A stretch of 64,000 bases of DNA from Candidatus Dormiibacterota bacterium (GTDB lineage Bacteria > Chloroflexota > Dormibacteria > Aeolococcales > Aeolococcaceae). Location of the stretch: positions 160,001-224,000 of the forward strand of contig CAVPXI010000023.1 in assembly GCA_963709585.1 (NCBI GenBank), read 5' to 3'. The position numbers and the translations under genes were made by a program. The notes under the pieces are model-generated. The model searched no databases, was not told the origin of the DNA, and saw only the letters and a list, made by a program, of their open reading frames with translations. The first letter of the stretch is position 1; each line of letters begins with the position of its first letter. Positions 10,075 through 20,456 of this stretch are shown here, piece by piece.

Positions 10075-10907
10075 GCACGCTGCCGCTGCGGCTGTGCCTC
10101 GTCGGCGCCGGGATCGCCCGCTCGCCGAGCCCGGTCATCCACCAGGCTGCGATGCAGTCCTCGGGTGTCGAGGGCACCTACGTGCTTCGCGACCTTGTAC
10201 CCGATGACATCGAAGGCTTCGTCGCGGAGTTACGCAAGGGACGCTACACCGGGTGCAACGTCACCGCCCCCTACAAGGGCGTGATGGCAGCGCGATGCGA
10301 CCGCCTCGAAGGTGACGCCGAGTCGCTCGGGGTCGTGAACACGATCACCGTTCGTGGAGGACGCCTGGTCGGCGTCACCACCGATGCCGACGGCTTCGAG
10401 CTCGCCCTGAGCCTGGGGTCGATGTGGCCGCGTCAGGGGGCGACAGCGCTCGTGCTCGGGGCGGGTGGCGCGGCCGCCGCGGTCGCGCTGGCGCTCACCC
10501 GGGTACCGCTCCTTCGTCTTCGCATCGCGGCTCGGCGGGAGGTCTCCGCCGGCGCGCTCGCCGACCGGCTTCGCGGCTCCGGCGATATCGCGACCGTGCC
10601 ATGGGATCGCGACGCCATCGCCGCGACCTGTGCGCATTCTTCGATCGTCATCAACGCGACGCCGGCGGGGTTGGACGCGCTCCCATTCGACCCGCGAGCC
10701 ATCCCCGCCGCGTGCACCGTCGTCGACCTGCGCTACGGCCCGCGCCCCGTGGACGTCGTTGCCGCGGCGCTCGAAACCGGACACCGAGCGAGCGACGGCC
10801 TCGAGATGCTCCTGCAGCAGGGATTGTTGAGCTTTGAGATCTGGACCGGAATGGTCGCGCCTGTGGCCGCGGTGCGCAACGCGCTGCACCGGGCAGTCGA
10901 GGCGTGA
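10071..10907 (+). CDS. aroE: Shikimate dehydrogenase
   Basis: SPSPVIH, NVTAPYK, VNTI, TDADGF, LGAGGAA, DGLEMLLQQG. Confidence 0.93.
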   Translation: MSTLPLRLCLVGAGIARSPSPVIHQAAMQSSGVEGTYVLRDLVPDDIEGFVAELRKGRYTGCNVTAPYKGVMAARCDRLEGDAESLGVVNTITVRGGRLVGVTTDADGFELALSLGSMWPRQGATALVLGAGGAAAAVALALTRVPLLRLRIAARREVSAGALADRLRGSGDIATVPWDRDAIAATCAHSSIVINATPAGLDALPFDPRAIPAACTVVDLRYGPRPVDVVAAALETGHRASDGLEMLLQQGLLSFEIWTGMVAPVAAVRNALHRAVEA

Positions 10908-11659
10908 ATGCTCCGCTGGTCATCGCCGGGGTCACGGTCGCCGGCGGTCTGGTCGGGCTGGGATCCGGCTGGCTCGCGGTCGCGCTGGAGAAGGTCGAGA
11001 AGCTCGAGGAGGAGGAACGCCAGGAGCGCCTCGAGTACGAACGGGATGTCGCCGAGGAGCTGACCAGGGCCGCAGCAGCGGGGGAGGAGCCGGCGGCAGC
11101 TCGCCCGTGGGTCGGCGAACGTTATGGCTGGACCTGGCTGGAACGCTGGCTCTCTCCGGCGCTCGGAGCGATCGGCTTCGGCGCTTTCGCCGCGCACGAG
11201 GATTTCGGATCCGAACTGCTCATCCACGTGCTCTGGATCGCGATCTTCGTGCACGTGGTCGACTTCGACCTCAAGCACAAGCTCATCCTCAACGTGATCA
11301 CCTACCCGAGCATCCTGGCCGCGCTGGTGCTGAGCACATGGTCGCCGGGGCTGACCCTGACCAGCGCGATCATCGGCGCCGTCGGGGTGGCGGCCTTCTT
11401 CTTCGTGCAGAACCTGGTGTCGAGAGGGAGCATCGGACTAGGCGACGCGAAGCTCGGTGCGCTGGTGGGCGCGGTGTCCGGCGCGGGTCCGACTTCGACC
11501 CACCTGGGCGCGGTCTACGCCGTGGTCGCGGGGGTGTTCATCGGCGGCGCGACCGCGCTGGTTCTTTTGGTCACTCGCGTTCGCGGGCTCAAAGACCCGA
11601 TACCCTATGGTCCGTTCCTCTGTGCGGGCGCAGCGCTCATCCTGTACCTCGGTCCTTGA
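10904..11659 (+). CDS. A24-family (prepilin-type) peptidase
   Basis: DFDLKHKLILN, IGLGDAKL, IPYGPFL; multi-TM. Confidence 0.88.
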   Translation: MNAPLVIAGVTVAGGLVGLGSGWLAVALEKVEKLEEEERQERLEYERDVAEELTRAAAAGEEPAAARPWVGERYGWTWLERWLSPALGAIGFGAFAAHEDFGSELLIHVLWIAIFVHVVDFDLKHKLILNVITYPSILAALVLSTWSPGLTLTSAIIGAVGVAAFFFVQNLVSRGSIGLGDAKLGALVGAVSGAGPTSTHLGAVYAVVAGVFIGGATALVLLVTRVRGLKDPIPYGPFLCAGAALILYLGP

Positions 11660-11694
11660 CCCGCACCAGTCCAGGGGTTCGATGAGGTGAGGCA

Positions 11695-12219
11695 ATGCCG
11701 ACGCAGCTGATGCCGGGCGAGCGGTCGATCGCGCTGGTCCGCCAGCACTGGTCGGTGCTCGCCGGTCACGTGCTGGGAGCGATCGTGGTGATCGTCGTGG
11801 CGATCATCCTGAACGCGAAGCTGCCGTCGACGGTCGGCTCGGTCTCGATCACCACCGTGAAGACGGTCGTCGTGCTCGTCCTGGTGATCGGGTCGCTGCT
11901 CTGGGCGGGCATTCGAATCCTGCGCTGGCGCTTCGCCACGTATCACCTCACCGACCGGCGGATCGTCATGGAGGGCGGGGTCCTCTCGAGGACCGCGGAG
12001 ACGATTCCACTCGACCGGATCCAGAACACGGTGATCCACCGGCCGCTCGGCGACCGCCTGATCGGCGCCGGGGACATCGAGATCGAGTCCGCGGGGCGGG
12101 ATGGCGTGGAGGTGCTCCACCGTATCCCCAAAGCCGAGACGTTCTACAACGAACTGCTCGCCACTATGAATGCGCCGCCCACTTCCGCGGGAGGGCCACC
12201 GCGCCCCACCGGTCTCTGA
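11695..12219 (+). CDS. Membrane protein with a bacterial PH domain (bPH_2/YdbS-like)
   Basis: Two TM helices, then YHLTDRRIV..GVLSR..ETIPLDRIQN...GDIEIESAG. Confidence 0.85.
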   Translation: MPTQLMPGERSIALVRQHWSVLAGHVLGAIVVIVVAIILNAKLPSTVGSVSITTVKTVVVLVLVIGSLLWAGIRILRWRFATYHLTDRRIVMEGGVLSRTAETIPLDRIQNTVIHRPLGDRLIGAGDIEIESAGRDGVEVLHRIPKAETFYNELLATMNAPPTSAGGPPRPTGL

Positions 12220-12238
12220 GCCAGGACCCCGCGAGCGG

Positions 12239-12421
12239 CTAACCCCGCCGGGCCAGGGCGGCGATCCGGAGCAGCGCCTCGGTGGCCGCGGCCTCGGGGC
12301 CCGCCCGCATCACCTCGCGGTACGCGCAGATCGCCCCGATCACATCGCCATGGGCGTCGAGGAGCCGGGCGATGCGCAGGTGCTCGTGAGCGCTCGTTCG
12401 CGTGCGCGGCTCTTCCCTCAT
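12239..12421 (-). CDS. Small helical (TPR-like) protein
   Basis: GGAGA RBS before ATG; MREEPRTRTSAHEHLRIARLLDAHGDVIGAICAYREVMRAGP; fills the gap, divergent from aroC. Confidence 0.5.
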   Translation of the reverse strand: MREEPRTRTSAHEHLRIARLLDAHGDVIGAICAYREVMRAGPEAAATEALLRIAALARRG

Positions 12422-12527
12422 GGTCTCCAGTCTTGGAGGCCAAACCAGACCGGGCACGGACAAACTGGAACCGCATTCGACGGCGCGTACGGGGGAAATC
12501 GGCGCTCGCCAATACAATCCGTTGCAG

Positions 12528-13686
12528 ATGCTTCGATTTCTCACGGCCGGCGAATCGCACGGGCCACAGCTCACGGTCATCGTCGAGGGCTTGCCCGGCC
12601 GGCGTGTCGCTCGACGCCGCCCGCGACATCGACCCCGACCTCCGCCGCCGTCAGGGGGGACACGGGCGGGGTAAACGCCAGCAGATCGAGCACGACACGG
12701 CCCGGATCGTCAGCGGCGTCCGCGGTGGCAGGACTCTCGGCTCGCCGATCACGCTCGTCATCGAGAACCGCGACTGGGAGAACTGGAAGGGACCGATGCA
12801 GGTGGAGGCGCGGGGATTCACATCGAAGCGGGTCACCCGGGTCCGCCCCGGTCACGCCGACCTCGCGGGGGTCCTGAAGTATGGATTCGGCGACGCCCGC
12901 GATGTCCTCGAGCGCGCCAGTGCGCGCGAGACCGCGGCCAGGGTGGCCGCCGGCGCGGTGGGCCGGACGCTGATCGCGGCGATCGGTGTCGCCGTCCACT
13001 CGTGCGTGCTCCGGATCGGCGCCGTTCACGTGCCCGCGCCCGACGGTGAAATTTCGTGGGACGCGGTCGAGCGCTCCGCGGTCCGCTGCCCTGACGAGGA
13101 GGCATCAGCGCGGATGGTCGCCGCCATCGACGCGGCGCGCGAACATGGCGACACGCTCGGGGGCACCGCATACGTCGCGGCCTCGAATGTTCCGGCCGGA
13201 CTTGGCAGTTACGTGCAGTGGGACCGGCGACTCGACGGGCTCATCGCCCAGGCGATGTGCAGCATCCCGTCGGTCAAGGGCGTGGAGCTTGGCGCCGCCG
13301 CGCTCGCGGCACAGTCGCCCGGGTCGGAGGTCCACGACGAGCCGCGCTGGGATGCCGAGCGCGGCTTCCACCACCTCACCAACCGGCAGGGCGGTCTCGC
13401 CGGCGGCGTGAGCGACGGCGAGCCGGTCTGGGCGCTGGTCCACTTCAAGCCAATCTCGACGCTCCTCCATCCGCTGCGCAGCGTCGACATCCGGAGCGGG
13501 GCGGAGATCAACGCCCACTACGAGCGCAGCGACATCTGCGTCGTCCCTGCCGGTGCCGTCGTCGCCGAGGCAATGCTGGCGTGGGTCCTCGCCGCCGCCG
13601 CGATGGAGAAATTCGGCGGCGACAACCTCGGCGAGATGCGCCGGGCCGCTGCCGCCCATCGCCGCGCGGTCAGGCGGCTGCGATGA
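12528..13686 (+). CDS. aroC: Chorismate synthase (frameshift near 12595)
   Basis: MLRFLTAGESHGPQL in one frame; RPGHAD, ERASARETAARVA, KPISTL, ERSD in the next. Confidence 0.95.
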
Positions 13687-15264
13687 GCGCGGTTCGCCGT
13701 GTCGCCCTGGTCGGCCTGCCGGGATCGGGCAAGAGCACAGTCGCCCCCCTGGTCGCGGAACAACTCGGGTGGACGGCCGTCGACCTTGACGGCGAGATTG
13801 CGTCGAGCACGGGACGCTCGCCGGCGGCGATCATCGCAGCGGACGGCGAACCTCACTTCCGCGACCTGGAGCTCACCGCGCTCGAGGACGCGCTCCGACG
13901 CCCTGGTCCCGTGGTCATCGCCTGCGGTGGAGGCCTGATCACCCAGCCGGCCGCCCGCCGTCTCCTGACCGAGCTCTGCACGGTGGTGTGGCTCGACGCA
14001 CCCGACGACGTGCTCCTCAGCCGGGTCGGCGATGGCGCCGGCCGTCCCATGCTCGGCGACTCCGCCGCGGCGGGCATCCCGCACCTTCGTGCCGGCCGCG
14101 CCCGAGCCCACCAGGCGTCGCACCTGCGCATCAGCGCCGGCGAGGCGCCGGAGGCGGTCGCATCGCGCGTGGCCGCCGCCGTCGAGGGCGCGATCCGCAT
14201 CGACCTCTCCGAACGCGCCTACCACGTCGAGGTACGCGCCGGCGCGCTCGATGATGTGGTCCTGCACGTCCCGGCGGGCGCGACCCGGATGGCGTTGCTT
14301 GCGGATCGAGCGGTGCACCCGACCACTGAGCGCCTGGTCGCCGCGTTGCGCAGTGCCGGCATCGCCACGACGGTGCTCGAGGTCGATGGGGGCGAGTCGC
14401 TCAAGACATGGACCACCGCCGGTCGGATGCTCGCGCGTCTCGGGACTGCCCGGCCTGCAGCGCAACGACTGCCTGATCGCGCTCGGCGGCGGCACCGTCG
14501 GGGACCTCACCGGGTTTGTGGCCGCCACCTACCTGCGCGGGATCGCCTGGCTGAACGTGCCCACCACTCTGCTCGCCATGGTCGACAGCGCGATCGGCGG
14601 CAAGACCGGGGTCAACCTGACCCGGGGAAAGAACCTGGCGGGGGCGATCTGGCAGCCGAGCGCGGTGGTCTGCGACCCGGATCTTCTCGCGACCCAGGAC
14701 GACCGTTCATTTCGTTCGGCGTTCGCGGAGATCGTGAAGTACTCGATGGTTGTGGAGACGGCGCTCGCCACCGATCTCGACGATCACCTCGATCGCCTTC
14801 TTCATCGCGACTCGGACGCGCTGACCGAGACCATCCGCGAGTGCTGCTCGATCAAAGCCCGGATCGTGTCGAGCGATGAGCGCGAGGGCGCGGGTCGCGC
14901 CGTGCTCAACTACGGCCACACCGTCGGCCACGCCCTCGAGGCGGCGGCCGGGCTCGGCAACCGGTTGCTCCACGGCGAAGCGGTGGCGGTCGGGATGCGC
15001 GCGGCGGGCCTGCTCAGCATCCGCATCCTCGGGTGCCCACCCGGGGACATCGGATGGCAGGATGAGATGATCGTCCGGTGCGGGCTCGCCACGGCGCTGG
15101 TGTTTGACCCCGAGCGCGTGCTCGGCTACATGCGCGCGGACAAGAAGACCATCGGCGAACGTCTCGGCTGGGTCCTCCTCGAATCCAGGGGACACCCCCG
15201 CACCGGCCGGAGCGTTCCGGAGGTCGAGGTCCGCGGTGCCCTCGACTTGGTGCTCGCTCGATGA
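13683..15264 (+). CDS. aroKB: Fused shikimate kinase / 3-dehydroquinate synthase (AroK-AroB; frameshift near 14450)
   Basis: GLPGSGKS, ACGGG, then ALGGGTVGD, PTTLLAMVDSAIGGKTGVN, LNYGHTVGHA, LHGEAV. Confidence 0.92.
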
Positions 15265-15722
15265 CTGCGATCCTGCTCCTGAACGGGCCGAACCTCGCGA
15301 GCCTCGGTGAGCGAGAGCCCGACGTCTACGGAGCGGTCACCCTCGCCGAGATCGAGGCCGCGGTGCGCGACCGCGCTGCCGCGCTGGGGCTCGTGGTTCG
15401 GTGCGAGCAGACCAACCACGAGGGCGCGATGGTGGACATCCTCGAAGCGGAGCGCGGGCGCGCCGCGGGTTGCATCGTCAACCCCGGCGGGCTGACCCAT
15501 ACGAGCGTGGTCCTCGCCGACGCGCTCCGCGCCTTCACCGGTCCGGTCGTGGAGGTGCACCTCTCGAACATCCTCGCCCGCGAGCCCTACCGGCGGGTCT
15601 CGCTCTCAGCGGAGGCGGCGGTGGCGGTGATCGCGGGCCTGGGAGTGGAGGGCTACGTCCTCGCCGTCGAGGGACTGGCTAAGCTGCTCGCAGACCGTTC
15701 AACGACTGGGAGCACCGCATGA
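15261..15722 (+). CDS. aroQ: Type II 3-dehydroquinate dehydratase
   Basis: LNGPNL..LGEREPDVYG, NPGGLTHTS, EVHLSN. Confidence 0.96.
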   Translation: MTAILLLNGPNLASLGEREPDVYGAVTLAEIEAAVRDRAAALGLVVRCEQTNHEGAMVDILEAERGRAAGCIVNPGGLTHTSVVLADALRAFTGPVVEVHLSNILAREPYRRVSLSAEAAVAVIAGLGVEGYVLAVEGLAKLLADRSTTGSTA

Positions 15723-16276
15723 TCACCGCCTCCGACCTGCGCCCGGGCGCGACCGTCGAACGCGACGGCGACCTTTTCGAGGTCATCGACTTCTCGCACA
15801 TGAAGCAGGGTCGCGGCACCGCCGTCATTCGCGCCAAGTTGCGCAACGTGACAACCGGCGCGGTCACCGACGAGACGTTCCGCCCCGAGGAGAAGTTCGG
15901 TCGCGTCCGCATCGAGCGCAGCGAGGCTCAGCTGCTCTACAAGGACGGCGAGAATTACGTGGTGATGGACAACACGACGTTCGACCAGGTCACGCTCAGC
16001 CCGGAGCAACTCGGGAGTGGCGTCGACTACCTCAAGGAGAATGACACCCTCTTTCTCCTGCGTTTCGACGATCGCATCCTCGGCGTCGACCTTCCCACCT
16101 CGGTGGTGCTCGAGGTCACCGAGAGCGAGCCCGGGTTCAAGGGTGACACCGCAAATGCGTCGTTCAAGCCCGCAGTCGTCGAGACCGGTCTCGCCGTGGA
16201 TGTGCCGCTGTTCGTGAACCAGGGCGATCTGATCCGGGTCGACACACGCACCGGTCGGTACCTGGAGCGCGCGTGA
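15719..16276 (+). CDS. efp: Elongation factor P
   Basis: HMKQGRGTA, PGFKGDT, VPLFVNQGD.IRVDTRTG.Y. Confidence 0.97.
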   Translation: MITASDLRPGATVERDGDLFEVIDFSHMKQGRGTAVIRAKLRNVTTGAVTDETFRPEEKFGRVRIERSEAQLLYKDGENYVVMDNTTFDQVTLSPEQLGSGVDYLKENDTLFLLRFDDRILGVDLPTSVVLEVTESEPGFKGDTANASFKPAVVETGLAVDVPLFVNQGDLIRVDTRTGRYLERA

Positions 16277-16663
16277 CCGACGTCGAGGAGCCGGAGCGCC
16301 TTCAACTGAGTCCGACCATGAACGGCCGCCGCCAGCTCGGCACGACTCGGGTGGCCAATGAGGTCGTCGCATCCATCGCGGCTTTCTCGGCGCTGCAGGT
16401 GCCGGGGATCCACTCGATGTACCACCCCGGGGGCCAGCAGTTCGACCGGATCGTCCGCCGATCGCACGCGCATCGAGGCGTCCGCGTGGAGATGCGTGAC
16501 GACGCGTTGCATCTGAGCCTCTACGTGGTGATGGAGTTCGGGCGGCAACGTTCCGGTGGTCGGCGCCGAGGTGCAGCGGCGCGTCGCCGACGCGATCGAT
16601 CGCATGCTCGCGCTGCGCGTCGAGGAGGTCAACGTCTTCGTCAGCGAGGTCGCCTTCGCGTGA
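16273..16663 (+). CDS. Asp23/Gls24-family protein (frameshift near 16541)
   Basis: VANEVVASIA...VPGI, GVRVE, then after removing one G: GGNVPVVGAEVQRRVADAIDRMLALRVEEVNVFV. Confidence 0.85.
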
Positions 16664-17085
16664 GTCCTGCCGTGTCAGGCACGGGACGTCGACGGCGCGG
16701 TCGCGAGCTCGCGCTTCGCGTGCTCTTCGAGATCGAGGGAACCGCGAAGGATCCCGACGTCGCGCTGCGCTATCAGGGCGAGGACCTTCGCGCCACGGCC
16801 GATGTCCGCGCCTTCGCGCGCAGCATCGTGGTCGGCTGTGTCGATCATCTCGACAGTATCGATGCCGCGCTGGTCGCCGCGATGGAGCACTGGTCGCTGG
16901 TCGACCTCGGGAAGGTGGAGCGCGCGGTGCTTCGGCTGGGGACGTTCGAATTGCTCTACACGGAGACGACGCCCGTCGCTGTGGTGATCGACGAATCCAT
17001 CGAGCTGGCGCGCGCATACGCGGGCGACGAGGCGGCGCAGTTCGTCAACGGTGTCCTCGGCCACGTGGCGCGGGAGCGGGTGTGA
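16660..17085 (+). CDS. nusB: Transcription antitermination factor NusB
   Basis: RRRGRELALRVLF, ERAVLRLG, VIDESIELA..Y, FVNGVL. Confidence 0.95.
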   Translation: MSPAVSGTGRRRRGRELALRVLFEIEGTAKDPDVALRYQGEDLRATADVRAFARSIVVGCVDHLDSIDAALVAAMEHWSLVDLGKVERAVLRLGTFELLYTETTPVAVVIDESIELARAYAGDEAAQFVNGVLGHVARERV

Positions 17086-18407
17086 CCGCGGCCGTCTGCA
17101 CGGTCAGCGACCTGACCGTGCTGGTTCGGGACGCGCTCGCGGCGCGTCCCGAGCTGGAAGATCTGCTCGTCGAGGGCGAGGTGAGCAACCTCAAGGCGCA
17201 CGTGTCCGGGCACCTCTACTTCACGCTCAAGGACGCGCACGCCGCGGTCTCCTGCGTGTGCTTTCGCGCCAATGCCCTGCAGATCCCCTTCCGTCCCGAC
17301 AACGGCATGACCGTGATCGCGCACGGATCGGTGCAGGTGTACGGACAGCAGGGACGCTACCAGCTCTACGTCGACCGGCTCGAGCCCAGCGGAGTCGGCG
17401 CACTCGCCCTCGGTGTCGAACAACTCAAGCAACAGCTGAGCGCCGAGGGGCTGTTCGACGAGCGGCGTAAGCGCCCGTTGCCGTTGCTGCCGCGACGAGT
17501 CGTCGTGGTCACATCGCGGAGCGGCGCCGCGTTGCGCGATGTCTGCACCGTGATCGCACGCCGCGCGCCCTGCATCGGCGTGGTGCTGTCACCCGCGACC
17601 GTACAGGGTGACGGAGCGGTGGATACACTGATCCGCGCGCTGCAACGCGCGGATCGGGTTCGCGACGCCGATGTGATCCTGCTGGTGCGCGGCGGCGGTT
17701 CGCTGGAAGACCTGATCGCGTTCAACAGCGAGTCGCTCGCGCGCGCGATCCGGGCGACGCGACTCCCGGTCGTGACCGGCGTCGGGCACGAGACCGACAC
17801 GACGGTCGCCGACCTGACTGCGGACCGCCGCGCGGCAACCCCGTCGGCCGCGGCCGAGCTGGTCGCGCCGAACGTCGCCATATTGGGCGATGACGTCGCC
17901 GCACGCCACGCGCGCCTCGGACTCGCCATCGTCGGGCTGGTCAGCGTGCGCCGTGATCGTGTGCACATCGCCTCACTCCGTCTGCGTCAGGCATTGATGC
18001 AGGAGACCTCGCTGAAGCGGCGCGCCCTCGACCAGCAGACATCGCGCTTCGCCGTCGCTCATCCTTCCCGCCGCGTCGAGGTCGAGCGGCTCCGCCTGCA
18101 ACGAGCCTCCGAACGTCTTCAGGAGGCGAGCGTTCGCGTGACCGTGGCGCGTCGCGCGGCCTTGACGACGCGTGCGGCGCGGCTTGCCACGCTGTCACCG
18201 AGACGCACGCTCGAGCGCGGGTACTCGATCACCTCCGACGCGGATGGGCGCGTGCTCACCGACGCGGCCACCGTGCCCGCCGGCGCGCGGCTGCGCACGG
18301 TCCTCGGCCACGGCAGCCTGGAGAGCACCGTGGATCGAATCGATCCTGACTCTCCAGCCGAGAGCGAACGGATGTACGATGCCAACACAGAATCGGGCGG
18401 CGCATGA
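17082..18407 (+). CDS. xseA: Exodeoxyribonuclease VII large subunit
   Basis: SGHLYFTLKD, RGGGSLEDL, GVGHETD, ATPSAAAE, TLERGYS. Confidence 0.96.
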   Translation: MTAAVCTVSDLTVLVRDALAARPELEDLLVEGEVSNLKAHVSGHLYFTLKDAHAAVSCVCFRANALQIPFRPDNGMTVIAHGSVQVYGQQGRYQLYVDRLEPSGVGALALGVEQLKQQLSAEGLFDERRKRPLPLLPRRVVVVTSRSGAALRDVCTVIARRAPCIGVVLSPATVQGDGAVDTLIRALQRADRVRDADVILLVRGGGSLEDLIAFNSESLARAIRATRLPVVTGVGHETDTTVADLTADRRAATPSAAAELVAPNVAILGDDVAARHARLGLAIVGLVSVRRDRVHIASLRLRQALMQETSLKRRALDQQTSRFAVAHPSRRVEVERLRLQRASERLQEASVRVTVARRAALTTRAARLATLSPRRTLERGYSITSDADGRVLTDAATVPAGARLRTVLGHGSLESTVDRIDPDSPAESERMYDANTESGGA

Positions 18408-18745
18408 CGCTCAATCCAGCGGAGGACATCACGGCCCTGACCTATGAGGCGGCCCTGGCCGAGCTCGACACCCTGATCATCAAACTCGAGGGCGGCAGCA
18501 TCGCGCTCGAGGAGGCGATCGGCGCCTACGAGCGAGGAGTCGTGCTGGCGCAGCACTGCGCCGAGCTGCTGGCGCGCACCGAGCAACGGGTGAATCAGCT
18601 CGTGGTCAGCGCCAGCGGCGCCATCGGCGAGCGCCCTCTGGAGGCGCCCGGCGCACCGTCACCCGAGGTCCGGGGGGCGTCCGTCGCCGGCACGCCGGTG
18701 CGGGCGGCGCAGCCACGGATCGATCCCGACGACGTCCCTTTCTGA
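18404..18745 (+). CDS. xseB: Exodeoxyribonuclease VII small subunit
   Basis: TYEAALAELD..I.KLEGG...LEEAI..YERG. Confidence 0.92.
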   Translation: MTLNPAEDITALTYEAALAELDTLIIKLEGGSIALEEAIGAYERGVVLAQHCAELLARTEQRVNQLVVSASGAIGERPLEAPGAPSPEVRGASVAGTPVRAAQPRIDPDDVPF

Positions 18746-18774
18746 CAGCGCGAATACACATAGATGTGGTATAG

Positions 18775-19563
18775 ATGGGGACCATGACAGCGGTGTCCGA
18801 ACCCCGACGGGTTGACCTCGAGCTCGTCGCTCGCGGGTTTGCACCAAGTCGTGAGCGCGCCCAGGCGCTTGTCGCCGCCGGGCTCGTCGAACTCGACGGC
18901 GTCCGGGCCACGAGTGCCGACCAGCGCGTCGGCGCCACCACCGCCATCCGCCTGCTCGGCCGCGATCACCCGTGGGCGAGCAGGGGAGGGCTCAAGCTGG
19001 CTCCGGCGCTCGATACGTTCGGCGTCGACTGCAGTGGTCGGGTGTGCCTGGATGCCGGAGCGTCGACCGGTGGCTTCACCGACGTGCTCTTGAGCCGCGG
19101 GGCGGCGCTCGTCTACGCCGTCGATGTCGGACGGGGGCAGCTCGATCCGCGTCTCGCCACCGATCCGCGCGTGCGCGTCATGGACCGGACCAACCTGCGC
19201 TCGCTGACATCGCTCCCCGGCCCCGAGCCGGACCTCGTGACCCTCGACCTATCGTTCATCTCGTTGCGCCTGGTGATTCCGGCGGTGGTGCGACTGATCG
19301 CCCCGGGTGGCGCTGATCTCGTCGCGCTGTTCAAGCCGCAGTTCGAGCTGGGTCGCGAGGCGATCGGAAAGGGCGGCATCGTCCGCGACGCCGACGCCGC
19401 CGAACGCGCCGCCGGCGAGTTTGCCGGGTGGCTCGAGTCCGCGTTCGGCGCCGTCGCCCGCATCCCGATGGCTTCGCCGGTTCGCGGGGCCAAGGGCAAC
19501 CAGGAATGGCTGGTCGGCGCGCGGGTCGCGCGTCTCGACCCTGCCGGCCCGAGCGAATCATGA
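18775..19563 (+). CDS. tlyA: TlyA-family rRNA methyltransferase with S4 domain
   Basis: SRERAQALV, ASRGGLKL, LDAGASTGGFTD, DLSFISL, KPQFE, GAKGNQE. Confidence 0.95.
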   Translation: MGTMTAVSEPRRVDLELVARGFAPSRERAQALVAAGLVELDGVRATSADQRVGATTAIRLLGRDHPWASRGGLKLAPALDTFGVDCSGRVCLDAGASTGGFTDVLLSRGAALVYAVDVGRGQLDPRLATDPRVRVMDRTNLRSLTSLPGPEPDLVTLDLSFISLRLVIPAVVRLIAPGGADLVALFKPQFELGREAIGKGGIVRDADAAERAAGEFAGWLESAFGAVARIPMASPVRGAKGNQEWLVGARVARLDPAGPSES

Positions 19564-20456
19564 GCGCCGAATCGAGCATCGGATTCCTGCTCCATCCTGG
19601 CGAGCAGGTTGTCGTACAGTCCGCGATCGCCCGTGCTCAGGCCTGCGGCTTCGTGGCGTGGACGGCGCTCGAGGATCCCGAGGCGGCGATGCGCGAGCAC
19701 CGCTCGAGCACGGCGCTGCTGGTCACCCTCGGCGGGGACGGCACATTTCTCTATGGGGCTCGCCTGGCTGCCCCGCTCGGGATCCCCGTGGTCGGGGTCA
19801 ATCGCGGCCGCCTCGGATTCCTCAACGACGTCGAGATCGACGCGCTGCCCGAGGCGATCAGCCGCTTTGCCAGTGGCGACTACACGACCCAGCGTCGTGC
19901 CCTGCTCGAGATCGCCATCGACGATACGGACGAGCCCGTGCTGGCCATCAACGAAATCGTCGTGCGGGCGCGCGACGTCAATGTCGTCCGGCTTCGGGTC
20001 GACGTCGATGGTGATCTGCTCGGAGCATTCGACGCCGACGGCATTGTTGTGGCCACGGCCACCGGGTCGACCGCATACGCGTTGAGCGCGGGAGGCCCTC
20101 CTGTCGATCCAAGGGTCCGAGCCGTTATCGTTGTGCCCCTCGCCGCCCACGCCGTGATCAGCCGGCCGGTGGTGATCCCGGAGAACCTCGACGTTCGGGT
20201 GACCGTCGAGCGCGGGCGCGTCTTCGTTGCCGCCGATGGGCGTTCGGTCGCCTGGCTCGCCGACGGCGGGAGCATCGTCGTCAGACCAGGTCCGGAGCTC
20301 GAGGTGGTTCGCTTCGCCAACTCGCCGTCGTTCAACTCGAGACTCCGACAGAAGTTCCGCTATGGGATTCCGCACAAGGACCTGTTGCTCGAGCCGATCG
20401 AGGACGACACGCCCGACGCGGCCGGCGCACAGGGGGAGCTCCGTGGCACTTCGTGA
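19560..20456 (+). CDS. nadK: NAD kinase
   Basis: LGGDGT, GRLGFL, NE, DGIVVATATGSTAYALSAGGP. Confidence 0.95.
   Translation: MSAESSIGFLLHPGEQVVVQSAIARAQACGFVAWTALEDPEAAMREHRSSTALLVTLGGDGTFLYGARLAAPLGIPVVGVNRGRLGFLNDVEIDALPEAISRFASGDYTTQRRALLEIAIDDTDEPVLAINEIVVRARDVNVVRLRVDVDGDLLGAFDADGIVVATATGSTAYALSAGGPPVDPRVRAVIVVPLAAHAVISRPVVIPENLDVRVTVERGRVFVAADGRSVAWLADGGSIVVRPGPELEVVRFANSPSFNSRLRQKFRYGIPHKDLLLEPIEDDTPDAAGAQGELRGTS

Noticed and set aside
16273-17085. Apparent Asp23-NusB fusion ORF
   Set aside because: One extra G near 16541 explains it; the Asp23 C-terminus and stop are in another frame, and nusB has its own GTG
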